Shown: positions 44,001 through 52,201 of the stretch, in pieces
Numbering within the stretch: the first letter of the stretch is position 1
Layout of the letters: every line of letters begins with the position of its first letter
NCBI GenBank assembly: GCA_035352635.1
Contig: DAOPYA010000003.1
Coordinates: forward strand, 21,506-85,505
DNA: 64,000 nucleotides
Direction of reading: 5' to 3'
Origin: Candidatus Rifleibacterium sp.
GTDB lineage: Bacteria > Muiribacteriota > Ozemobacteria > Ozemobacterales > Ozemobacteraceae
Made by a program: the position numbers and the translations under genes
Notes under the pieces: generated by a model
Seen by the model: the letters and a program-made list of their open reading frames with translations, nothing else
The model's database searches: none
What the model was told of the DNA's origin: nothing

Positions 44001-45722
44001 AACCTGCGCCGCCTGCTTGAAGAAATCGTCAGTCTAATGCAACCGATCGCCGAGAAAAAAAAGGTCGAAATGGTTTTAAAATTTCCGCCCTCAGTCCCTG
44101 AAAACGTTGTTGCTGACGGCGGCAGACTGCGGCAAGTTCTTATCAACCTGCTCAGCAACGCCGTAAAATTCACCGAAGAAGGTTTTGTCAGCCTTGAAAT
44201 AACCGCCAACCAGTCGGATGACACCCGAGGAAGTTTTACCTTCAAGGTCAAAGATACCGGGATCGGCATGAACGCAGAGCAGCAGAAAATTGTTTTTGAT
44301 AAGTTCAGTCAGGCCGATTCATCGATTACCAGAAGGTTTGGCGGCACCGGTCTGGGCCTGACCATCTGCCGTGAACTGATAAAACTCATGGGCGGCGATA
44401 TTTCGCTTGAAAGCGCCCCGGGGCTTGGCACAAAAATTCGTTTTTCGTTGACCCTGGACCTCAGCAGACAGATGGGTAATGAGACTCCTACCTTCCCTGA
44501 AAAACTGAGAGTGCTGATCACCGGCAACAGCGCCCCGATCATTGATGCGGTTGGCGAAATCCTTGCATCATGGCAAGTCACCTGGCAAATGGCATCCCTC
44601 AAAGACATCGATCTGCTGATCGCCAAAGAAAAAGACCCCGACGTCAGCTTTTTGCATATCGTCGATCTGCCAGCCGGCGAAAAACCGCCCGAAGAAGCAC
44701 ACATAAAGAAACACAACAGCAATACCGGCACAATCTATCTCATGACCCCCCGGCAGGTTGCCTCCGAAAACGTCGATGGTCGCCGAAAAACCGGGTGTTT
44801 CCATCTTAGCAAGCCGGTGACCAATTCAAAACTGCACAACGCGATGTTTGAAATGCTCAATCGCAAACAGCAGGCGATCGAATCAGCCAGTCATTCGGTC
44901 AAAAACGCCAGTGGCCGTTTCCGGTCGTTGTCTCCAGGTGTTAAGCTTAAAATTTTGATCGTTGAAGACAATGAAATAAACCAGGAAGTCGCCCGTGGCA
45001 TTCTCGAAATGTTCGGCTGCATTTCGACAATTGCCAATTCAGGCCCTGAAGCCCTCGAATTTCTTGAACAACACAAATACGATGCAGTCTTTCTCGATTG
45101 CCAGATGCCAGAAATGGATGGCTTTGAGGTTATCAGACGCATTCGCGCCCAGCCCGCCCTGAATGACCTGCCGGTCATTGCCATGACCGCTTATTCAATG
45201 CCGGGTGACCGCGAAAAATGTCTGGCGTCAGGCATGAACGACTATCTATCAAAGCCAATAAACCCTGATCTGCTGCTGCGGATACTCGAAAGCATCAAAG
45301 AGCATGCCGGCAAGCTTGGCAGCCCGATGGTCACCGTCAAGCTCCCTGAATCCTCGGGCGATGATGAGCAGCTGCCTGATTTTGACGAAGCAAGAATCAG
45401 AAGAATTTTCACTCCAAAAGCCGCATCGTTGGCCAAGATAGTCGAAGTTTCACATGAAAATTATGACAAAATGATGGCAGAACTCGAAACCAATCTTGAA
45501 TCTGGCAAATTCGAAGAAGCACGCCATTGCGTTCACACAATAAAAGGCTCAGCAGCTAATCTGGGAGGCAATCTGGTCGCAGAAATCGCCCACAGGCTAG
45601 AAAAAGCCCTGACAGAAAACAATGCCAGCGAAGTTGCTGAGCTGAAAGCTCTTCTGAACCTGCGTTACCATGAATTCATGCAATCGATCAGCAAAATCAG
45701 CGACGAATTGAACCGTAAATAA
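41004..45722 (+). CDS. multidomain hybrid sensor histidine kinase (PhnD-like periplasmic binding domain, TM, PAS/GAF/PAS, HisKA, HATPase, REC, HPt)
   Basis: Start chosen at ATG 41004 after a GGGGG RBS, clear of the upstream gene. H-box LANMSHEIRTPMNGILGM and G2 GTGLGLTICRELIKLMGG. Receiver KILIVEDNEINQEVARGILE...LDCQMPEMDG...DYLSKPI. HPt motif HTIKGSAANLGGN. Confidence 0.85.
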   Translation: MSRKQLAAFLSIAVIVFSVLFYQPLLADQEPEVIKIGILDKESVGGWNYEWQETVDFLNSEIKEHHFEKIMLPWRELRAAVDDGTVDFIIASPIFSVEAGMEGQMTVIATLKRESEKIEAFDNLLGSVIFWRADDKNIKTLWDITNKRLAAGPVQSIGGWLAAVREFADRGIDLRKACRTIKHHSDTRKIVDEVLSGEADFGICQTASLESLARQGQFDMRSITYSRELYLHTESLPFACSTRLYPEWSFARARHTNENLVERVNLAILKMSNIDVPKKITWGIAANYAQVHQLMQVLRLEPYNQDNSLVSSLIKRFKNWIAILLTATLLLGVGMFYLLALNRRLRNLSSELENQKSFLKHLIDSIPDYIFVKDFQGHYLLCNESFARAFNCKADQIDGKTDAEVLPGGEPLLAPLQAPSEFGVSEKITREIDLPDSTTIFGEIIRVTCQLKDLEEPRIVGIIRDVSVSYRARQRQEQREKLISGIAQAAHLIVGAESTVEEAMPGALDAIATAVGADRIGLIRNSDPANPAESPISFRCFSCYCKNEHHCHNQTAEIVADAIRNNARKLYAGSAIGRTIAEFSPETQAKLRAVGVKSLLIIPVFVHKKFWGCLEVHAITEERRWFDFEISALLLAADIFGSMIERSNDFRQLLDYRDRLRLALDSAGLFLWEFDFENKINNTPDDLYNNLGYSGTSEIEAQRQLGFEIFHPDDQHLIRNIAEVENCQFEVRLKSAAERFIWHSFIGRNYFGSNRQHIKLIGFFRNTSIEHENAMLLRMEEARNAHALTAAHAASWEYKPEERRFFWSGHIKNLLGYSPEIFSPNIQSVYQVIHPDDLPEAKAAVREFLASGKELRFDCRLRRFDGSYSWFTNLGTQVKDPELAEYRYYGILIDISETRALQQNLLEASNHAREMALQAQQASQAKTEFLANMSHEIRTPMNGILGMLELLMTTDLNTRQKEFADLIYRSSHALLNILNSVLDLSKIEAGKLVLEPVSINLRRLLEEIVSLMQPIAEKKKVEMVLKFPPSVPENVVADGGRLRQVLINLLSNAVKFTEEGFVSLEITANQSDDTRGSFTFKVKDTGIGMNAEQQKIVFDKFSQADSSITRRFGGTGLGLTICRELIKLMGGDISLESAPGLGTKIRFSLTLDLSRQMGNETPTFPEKLRVLITGNSAPIIDAVGEILASWQVTWQMASLKDIDLLIAKEKDPDVSFLHIVDLPAGEKPPEEAHIKKHNSNTGTIYLMTPRQVASENVDGRRKTGCFHLSKPVTNSKLHNAMFEMLNRKQQAIESASHSVKNASGRFRSLSPGVKLKILIVEDNEINQEVARGILEMFGCISTIANSGPEALEFLEQHKYDAVFLDCQMPEMDGFEVIRRIRAQPALNDLPVIAMTAYSMPGDREKCLASGMNDYLSKPINPDLLLRILESIKEHAGKLGSPMVTVKLPESSGDDEQLPDFDEARIRRIFTPKAASLAKIVEVSHENYDKMMAELETNLESGKFEEARHCVHTIKGSAANLGGNLVAEIAHRLEKALTENNASEVAELKALLNLRYHEFMQSISKISDELNRK

Positions 45723-45723
45723 A

Positions 45724-45754
45724 AGCCAGAGAAACCAAGTGGCTTCTCTGGCTC
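45724..45754. terminator. hairpin between convergent genes (possible bidirectional terminator)
   Basis: AGCCAGAGAA-N11-TTCTCTGGCT 10-bp stem followed by CTTTAAT. Loop is long and the U-tract is weak. Confidence 0.35.
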
Positions 45755-45774
45755 TTTAATACAAGCTTTGCGTG

Positions 45775-47328
45775 CTATTTTTTAACTGGCCGGTTTTCGA
45801 CTGGTCTGACAGTTTCTGGCTGGGCTTCAGTGTCTTTCATACGGCCAAGATACGAGGGCAGTTCAACCCCGGCCATACCGGCGACATCTTGCAGAGGTGG
45901 CAGCGACTTAACGAAGCTCGAAACAAAGTTCGCAGTCGAAGAATTGCCATCGCCGCTGTTTGAATCCCAGACGGTGATCTTGTCGATTTTGATATTCTTG
46001 ATCGCTTCGACCTGCTTTTCGACGATTGACTCGATCTTTTCAACCATCAGAAGGGTCGCGAGAGCTTTCGGATCATTGTTAACACTCTTGAGCAGTTCTG
46101 AATAGCCCTGCGCTTTGGCTGTGAGCACTTTTCTGACGCCTTCGGCTTCGGCCTGATAGTTCTGCAACAGGGCGTCGGCGTGCCCCTTGGCTTCGATGCT
46201 GATTTTGCCGGCTTCAGCCTGTGCGTCGAGTTCAATTTTGTGTTTTTCGATTTCTCTTTTGACGATTTCTTCGGCCTTGAGGCGTTCGAGTTCGGCAAGA
46301 TACTGGGCTTTCTGAATTTCGACCTGGGCTTCGCGCAAGGCGATTTCAGCGTTCTTGTGAGCCTGAGCCTCTTTGACCATCAGTTCTGAATTAGAAATAA
46401 CGATCGAAGCCTTTGAGGTATTTTCGCCTTCGATTGCCTCGGCTTCTTTCTTCTGAACATAAACGCGGCGCTCGGCTTCGGCGTTTTTCTCACCCATTTC
46501 GGCAGCAGCGATTTTCTGGGCAACCTGAATGGTTTTTTCGCTGTTCGCCTCTGCTTCACCGATTACCGCAAGAGATTCTTTCTTCTGCACGAAAATGCGG
46601 CGATCAGCTTCTGATTCTTTTTCGCCCTTGTCAGCTTCAGCAAGGTTCTTGGCAACCTGAATGGCGCGTTCGCGGTTTGCAACTGATTCACCAATGGCCC
46701 CAAGCTTCTGTTGCTCGGCAACGTCAACCTTTGCGCGGTTGATGGCTTCTGAGGCTGCCTTTTTACCGATACTTTCGATGTAATTTGAACCATCGGTAAT
46801 GTCGGTGATATTGACGTTAATCAGATACAGACCAATCTTGTTGAGTTCGGGTTCAACGTTCTTGCGAACTGATTCAAGAAAGCTTTCGCGATCCTGGTTG
46901 ATCTGTTCGATGGTCAGAGAAGCGACCGTCAGACGAAGTTGACCAAAAATGATTTCCTTGGCCATGTCTTCCATGGCTGATGAAGAAAGATTGAGCAAGC
47001 GCTCAGCCGCATTGTTCATGATTTTCGGGTCAGTGCTGATACCAACAGTGAAAGTTGAAGGCACGTTGATACGAATATTCTGCAGTGACAGAGCGTTTTG
47101 CAGCGGTATGCTGATAGTCATCGGAGTCAGGCTAAGATAAGCGTAATCCTGAATCAGGGGCAGCACCAGAGAACCGCCGCCATGCATACAACGCGCCGAG
47201 CGATTATCGGCGACCTTACCATAAATAACCAGAATTTTGTCAGACGGGCAACGTTTATATCTCGTCGCCAGAAAAACAAATGTCGAAAAAACAATTGCAA
47301 CTAACCCGACTACGACTATCAGCCACAT
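45775..47328 (-). CDS. flotillin-like SPFH/band-7 protein (YqiK/FloT family)
   Basis: N-terminal TM, SPFH domain (ILVIYGKV...GGSLVLPLIQDYAYLSLTP...) and a long EA-rich coiled-coil. Confidence 0.85.
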   Translation of the reverse strand: MWLIVVVGLVAIVFSTFVFLATRYKRCPSDKILVIYGKVADNRSARCMHGGGSLVLPLIQDYAYLSLTPMTISIPLQNALSLQNIRINVPSTFTVGISTDPKIMNNAAERLLNLSSSAMEDMAKEIIFGQLRLTVASLTIEQINQDRESFLESVRKNVEPELNKIGLYLINVNITDITDGSNYIESIGKKAASEAINRAKVDVAEQQKLGAIGESVANRERAIQVAKNLAEADKGEKESEADRRIFVQKKESLAVIGEAEANSEKTIQVAQKIAAAEMGEKNAEAERRVYVQKKEAEAIEGENTSKASIVISNSELMVKEAQAHKNAEIALREAQVEIQKAQYLAELERLKAEEIVKREIEKHKIELDAQAEAGKISIEAKGHADALLQNYQAEAEGVRKVLTAKAQGYSELLKSVNNDPKALATLLMVEKIESIVEKQVEAIKNIKIDKITVWDSNSGDGNSSTANFVSSFVKSLPPLQDVAGMAGVELPSYLGRMKDTEAQPETVRPVENRPVKK

Positions 47329-48062
47329 AATTTTCCTCCTGTGTCTCTGCTGTCTTTTTCAACTACCAATATACCATTATCCTGAACCCAGACAACAGTA
47401 ACCTGCTCTCCGGTCTTTATTTCTTCTTTGCTGCCAGAAATGGCATCGCGAACCATCAATCGGCCATCGATCTCGACCTGAACCTGCCCGCTGCCACCCG
47501 CAGGAATGCGCAAATAAACCGTGCCGCCCGAACCAAGCGCACGATTAACCCGTATGGTTCCATCACTTTGCAGACTCCCGGCAAACCGAAACATCTGCGA
47601 AAGTATCCAGGTCGTAAAAACCCCGGCCGCCAAACCACCAACCGTGGCCACCCACCCCGGAAACCCGCTCTCATAAATCAGCGCCAGACCCACCCACCCA
47701 AACATCATAAAAAAAGCGGTCAGACCCTGAATCGACATATACTGAAAACTGAAATCAGAGTTGCTGATATCATGATGGCTACCGTCATCGACGTGGTCAA
47801 GCGCCACATCATGGGGCGCATCGCCATTAAAATCGTGAACATCGGAAACATCGTGTACATCAATCACGCCATCGGCATTGCTGACGTCGTGCCCGAGTTC
47901 CATGGTGCCATCATGGCCATCGACACCGTCTAATTCACCGCCACCACCCATCAAACCTGAAAACATCATCACCATGCGAATAAGAAACACGACGGTTCCG
48001 CTCAGAGCGCAGGTCAGAAAAAACTTTTCCAGCAGGCCCAGGCCAAGCATGAATTCAAGCAA
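47319..48062 (-). CDS. NfeD-like membrane protein (YqiJ-like partner of flotillin) with His/Asp-rich insert
   Basis: TM helices plus a C-terminal OB-fold-like GTVYLRIPAGGSGQVQVEIDGRLMVRDAISG. Insert DVHDVSDVHDFNGDAPHDVALDHVDDGSHHDISNSD. It overlaps the flotillin start. Confidence 0.6.
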   Translation of the reverse strand: MLEFMLGLGLLEKFFLTCALSGTVVFLIRMVMMFSGLMGGGGELDGVDGHDGTMELGHDVSNADGVIDVHDVSDVHDFNGDAPHDVALDHVDDGSHHDISNSDFSFQYMSIQGLTAFFMMFGWVGLALIYESGFPGWVATVGGLAAGVFTTWILSQMFRFAGSLQSDGTIRVNRALGSGGTVYLRIPAGGSGQVQVEIDGRLMVRDAISGSKEEIKTGEQVTVVWVQDNGILVVEKDSRDTGGKLCG

Positions 48063-48217
48063 GTTGTTTTCCTCCTACCGGTGGTTGTGAGAACCCGTCA
48101 TATCTGCAGCCCTTTCAGGCAAACCAACCAGACGCTGATGGCCATGATTCGATTGATTTTACACCAGTATACAGATATTGTATAACAGTTTTCAGACTTT
48201 TTCAGAAACGAAATTCG

Positions 48218-49423
48218 GTGGTTGATAAGAGCCAAAAACTTTCCTGGCAGAGCCGCGACCTGATAGCAACAATCATGCTGATCATGTCGGTTTTGTCGTT
48301 GCTGCAAACCGGTAATTCAGGCATACAGGGCTTTATCGCCGCCACCGACAAGCCATCAGCAATATATGGTGACTTTCACGACTATTATTACCCGGCCGGG
48401 CGCATGATAAGCAGAGTTGCGCAACCGCTGGGCGGCTATTTTTACACCCCATCGTTTGCCCTCCTGTTACCACCCTTCACCCCAGATTCCTATGAATTGG
48501 CCAGCATTCGCTGGCAACTGCTGCAACATTTCGGAATTTTTCTGCTGCTGTTTGTGCCGGCAATCTGGCTGGCTGCCCGGGGCGGCCGCAAAATCTGGTT
48601 TTTTCTCTACCTGCTCATATTTCTTCTCTCGTTTCCGCTCTGGCACAACCTGAAATGGGGGCAGATGAGCGTAATAATCACCATGGCCAGCATTGCAGCG
48701 CTGCTGCTTCATGAACGCGGCCATTACTGGTTCGCAGCCATGGCCCTGACCGTCGCCATCCTGATAAAATACTACCCTGCGCTCTTCGTTATCTACTTCA
48801 TCATTCGCAAAGACTTCGCCTTCATCGGCCGCATGGCGCTGTGCCTGCTGCTGGCGGGCTTTGTTTTCCCTGCTTCAATACTTGGTGCGGCCACCACCAT
48901 TGAGTTTTACAGGCTGGTCAACGCTGAACTGGCCTACGCCTTCGACTGGGTGGCCTTTGACCCGAATTCGCAGTTTCTACCAAATGTCGCGCTACGCGTC
49001 ATCGGTATCGACCCCGAATCATCGCTGCGCGGTTTCTTGTCGCTGCCGGGTCTGGCAGTCTGCCTGGCAATGTTCTGGCGCATGCGCCGTCTGGCCAGCG
49101 GGCGACAGCACGACCACATACTCACCGCATCAGGAATTTTTCTGCTCTACCCTCTGCTTATAAATACCTCGTGGCCACATTATTTTATCTATCTGCCATT
49201 TTGTGCTGTGATTTTGCTGCAAAATACCACTTCCTGTTGGCAAAAAGCAGTTATATTCATTGCGATCATGCTGCAAAGCTGCTTGATAGTGCCTTTTACC
49301 GGGCACCTCTGGTATTCAGGAAAAGGCCTGCTGCTGGCCGCGAATCTTCTGCTGCTGGCAATATGGTTTAAAAAAACATCTCCGGGGTCCGACCCTGATG
49401 GCCAGACCCCGGAGGTGTTTTAA
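48218..49423 (+). CDS. polytopic membrane protein, DUF2029/GT87-like putative glycosyltransferase
   Basis: About 10 TM helices. N-terminal GDFHDYYYPAGRMI...GGYFYTPSFALLL resembles the DUF2029 DF..YY.AG motif. Confidence 0.45.
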   Translation: MVDKSQKLSWQSRDLIATIMLIMSVLSLLQTGNSGIQGFIAATDKPSAIYGDFHDYYYPAGRMISRVAQPLGGYFYTPSFALLLPPFTPDSYELASIRWQLLQHFGIFLLLFVPAIWLAARGGRKIWFFLYLLIFLLSFPLWHNLKWGQMSVIITMASIAALLLHERGHYWFAAMALTVAILIKYYPALFVIYFIIRKDFAFIGRMALCLLLAGFVFPASILGAATTIEFYRLVNAELAYAFDWVAFDPNSQFLPNVALRVIGIDPESSLRGFLSLPGLAVCLAMFWRMRRLASGRQHDHILTASGIFLLYPLLINTSWPHYFIYLPFCAVILLQNTTSCWQKAVIFIAIMLQSCLIVPFTGHLWYSGKGLLLAANLLLLAIWFKKTSPGSDPDGQTPEVF

Positions 49424-49441
49424 TTCAACTGACAGTTTAAA

Positions 49442-49903
49442 TTATCTTTTGCAGTCTTTTTTAGCTTCAACGGTTCTCCAGTGACCTTTCACGTGTTTGC
49501 CGTTCTTGTCATAGTGACCCTTTACGAAGGTCTTGTCTTTATTGCCAGTTACGGCCTTTTTAACCGAGGTGCCGGCGTCCATTACTTTGTTCTGAACCGC
49601 ATCGTGAGCCTTGGTGCCGACTTTCTTGCCTGCTTCAAAACCCTTTTTGAATGAACTTTTGATTTTAGAAAGAAGACCATTCTGGTGATGACCACCGCAG
49701 TGCCCAGATTGCTCACACTGACCGGCCTGGCCAGACTGTTCTGACTGACCAGATTGTTCTGACTGACCTGACTGACCTGACTGGCCAGACTGACCTGATT
49801 GTTCTGACTGACCAGACTGATTATTGTGGCCATTATTACCGGCGAACGAAGGAACGGTTACGAGAGCGAGGGCGAGAACTGAACTCATGATTACTTTGCG
49901 CAT
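49442..49903 (-). CDS. small secreted basic protein with SGQSEQ/SGQSGQ hexapeptide tandem repeats
   Basis: Signal peptide, roughly 8 repeats (QSGQSEQSGQSGQSGQSGQSEQSGQSEQSGQAGQCEQSG) and a Lys/His-rich C-terminus. The DNA carries 18-bp tandem repeats at about 49690-49850. Confidence 0.5.
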   Translation of the reverse strand: MRKVIMSSVLALALVTVPSFAGNNGHNNQSGQSEQSGQSGQSGQSGQSEQSGQSEQSGQAGQCEQSGHCGGHHQNGLLSKIKSSFKKGFEAGKKVGTKAHDAVQNKVMDAGTSVKKAVTGNKDKTFVKGHYDKNGKHVKGHWRTVEAKKDCKR

Positions 49904-50220
49904 TTTAAAACACCTTCCTGATTGATCTTATCTGCTTATTAACGAAGGACTTGAATAAATAAATGATACACCCAAGAAAGCAAAATGCGTGCCAACCGTA
50001 CATAATCGAATCAAATCATGATTCAGAAGGCATTTTCGAGCAGACAAAATAAGCTGTCAAAAATTAAACATGCCAGTTTTCTGGCAGCCGGTTGCCAAAA
50101 AATCAACACCCGGGCACTTCATAACCGCCTGTTTGAATAAGTGTCAAACGAGGCGTGGCAGCCGATTAAGAGGCCGCGCCGCCGAATCGTCGAGAAATAC
50201 TCGCTGCACTCTAATATAGG

Positions 50221-50973
50221 CTATGGCTTGCGATGGCCGACAACCATGAATTCATACTCGTCAAGCTCGATGGGGCCGCGGCGCCAGTTTCCCGCTGTAC
50301 CGCCATAAATATTATCTACCTTCAGGCCGATGCGATTGACCATTCTGACGATTTCAGGCGGGGTATAATAACGTTCGATCGCCTGCACTGAAACGTTTTT
50401 GCCGGCAACCTCGATGTCGCACAGATTGCGAGTCGTCAGAGTAAACAGGTCGGCGGCGCCCGCTGCCACCTGTTCGTCAGAGAGCGACCTGACCAGTCTG
50501 AAGGCACTCAAAACCGTCACCAGAAAGGGCCGCCCCGGCAGAAGGTGGTTTGCCATCGCTGCAAAGACCGCCATATCCTTGCCCCAAAGGTCGTCATCAT
50601 CAGAAAAAAGGCAAAGGGCACCCTCACACAACGAAAGAACGCAATCATATTGCCGGTCAATAGCGAGATCCTGGGCCGGGCTTTCGATAAACTCGATCTC
50701 CACACCGGCCGCCAAGGCCTTTTGCTTTGCCACCGCCAGCATGCCGGCCGAAATATCTACGCCGGTCACTTTGTAGCCACGCCGTGCAAGTTCGATTGAA
50801 TGCCGGCCTGTGCCACAACCGATATCAAGAATGGCCGAACCGGTTGGCAATTGCAGTTCTGCTTCGATAAAATCGATCTCAGCAAGCGTGTCGCGCGTGA
50901 AAATCTCATTTTCATAAACCGGAGCGATGGCGTCAAAAAAGGCTCGCCAGTTATGATCTTTTTTACTGGTCAT
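50221..50973 (-). CDS. class I SAM-dependent methyltransferase
   Basis: Motif I LDIGCGTGRHSIELARRGYKVTGVDIS. Start chosen at Met41 of the track ORF (MTSKKDHNW), just after the upstream stop. The track ORF would add a PK-rich 40-aa extension. Confidence 0.7.
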   Translation of the reverse strand: MTSKKDHNWRAFFDAIAPVYENEIFTRDTLAEIDFIEAELQLPTGSAILDIGCGTGRHSIELARRGYKVTGVDISAGMLAVAKQKALAAGVEIEFIESPAQDLAIDRQYDCVLSLCEGALCLFSDDDDLWGKDMAVFAAMANHLLPGRPFLVTVLSAFRLVRSLSDEQVAAGAADLFTLTTRNLCDIEVAGKNVSVQAIERYYTPPEIVRMVNRIGLKVDNIYGGTAGNWRRGPIELDEYEFMVVGHRKP

Positions 50974-51765
50974 TTTTTTCGGCATTTTCAGCACCTTTGG
51001 TATCTTCGGCGGGTTCTGCATCTTTGGTGGCTTTGGTGTCTTTGGCATTATTACCATCTTTGCCATTCTTAGAATCTTTGGCAAAATTAGCAAAAAATTT
51101 CATAAAATCGCTCTTCACAGCTGCGACCGCATCAAAACTCGCATCAGGGCTTTCGATCGCCTGCAGATCAACGATTTTTTTCATCACCGCCAGACTCTCT
51201 TTGAGTTCGGCCTGTGTTAAACCAGTCTTCAGGCGCTGCAGGCTGATTTTATGTTTAACCTTGCCATCATTACCGGAAACTGTCTCGGTATAACGTTCAA
51301 CAATCAGCGCCGTTACCGAGGCAATCTGATCGACCGGAATTCGGTTAGCTGTCATGCCAAAAATGAGGCGCCGCACCGTCTCTGAGCCTTCCTGGTCAAC
51401 CGGAACGCCGGTTCCAGATTCACCTGAGAGCTTGTTTTGCCGATAAAAAGCAAGCAACATGGCCTTTACGTGCAGATTGGTTTCGAGTTGCCTGGTGGTG
51501 TTCGAAAGAAGCTCGACCAGGCCCACTTCGCCGTTTCTAACCTTGGCGGCGATTTCGATGGCAGATTTATTGATTTCTTGCCGGTCAGCATCGTTGAATG
51601 CCAGTTCTGTCACTTTGGCGATACTCTTTTCAAGGCCATCAGCCGCGTATTCCCGGCCTGATTCATGCAGAATGCCAAGACCAAAATAACCGCCGACCAC
51701 AAAAGCAACGACCACAAACAAACAACCCAGACCAAAGCAGCCACAACAGGTTTTCTTATTCATAT
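50963..51765 (-). CDS. hypothetical membrane-anchored protein with K/D/A-rich C-terminal tail
   Basis: Start at MNKKTCCG immediately after the GNAT stop. TM helix GLGCLFVVVAFVVGGYFGLG. C-terminus KDSKNGKDGNNAKDTKATKDAEPAEDTKGAENAEKNDQ. Confidence 0.45.
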
Positions 51766-52199
51766 AAAGCCTTTTCCATAACGTAATGCTGAATTTCACC
51801 ATACAGAAGATGCCCTTCTGCCACAACCTGATACCCGAGCACCAGATAAAAACCCACGGCCTGCTCGCGGGCATCAAGAACAATTTTTTCAACACCCTGC
51901 GCTCTGGCAATTTCTTCCATCGATTCCATCAGCAGACGGCCTATGCCCTTGCCCTGAAAAGCAGAAGCGACCGCCATGAAACGAACCCTGCCAAGTGCCG
52001 GAGTATCAATCTGAAGGCGGGCAATCCCTGCCAGATGCCCGTCGGCGTAAACAGCCCGATGCCATGAATCATTTTCACGGGGGTCTCTTTCGCTGCCCTT
52101 TGGCTGGTTCCATGGTTTGCGCATTACTTCCCAGCACAGGTCATGATAGTTTTCCCACTCGGTGGGCGTTTCGGGGCTTCTTAATTCGTATTCAGCCAT
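51756..52199 (-). CDS. GNAT-family N-acetyltransferase
   Basis: RFMAVASAFQGKGIGRLLMESMEEIARAQGVEKIVLDAREQAVGFYLVLGY (acetyl-CoA binding motif A). Confidence 0.8.
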   Translation of the reverse strand: MAEYELRSPETPTEWENYHDLCWEVMRKPWNQPKGSERDPRENDSWHRAVYADGHLAGIARLQIDTPALGRVRFMAVASAFQGKGIGRLLMESMEEIARAQGVEKIVLDAREQAVGFYLVLGYQVVAEGHLLYGEIQHYVMEKALYE

Positions 52200-52201
52200 A
52201 A

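Noticed and set aside
50973-51093. PK-rich 40-aa N-terminal extension (MPKTPKPPKMQNPPKIPKVLKMPKK) on the methyltransferase
   Set aside because: This stretch overlaps the 3' end of the upstream gene. An internal Met immediately after the upstream stop gives a normal-length MTase. The extension is most likely an ORF-calling artefact, though it echoes the Lys-rich tails seen elsewhere in the window.
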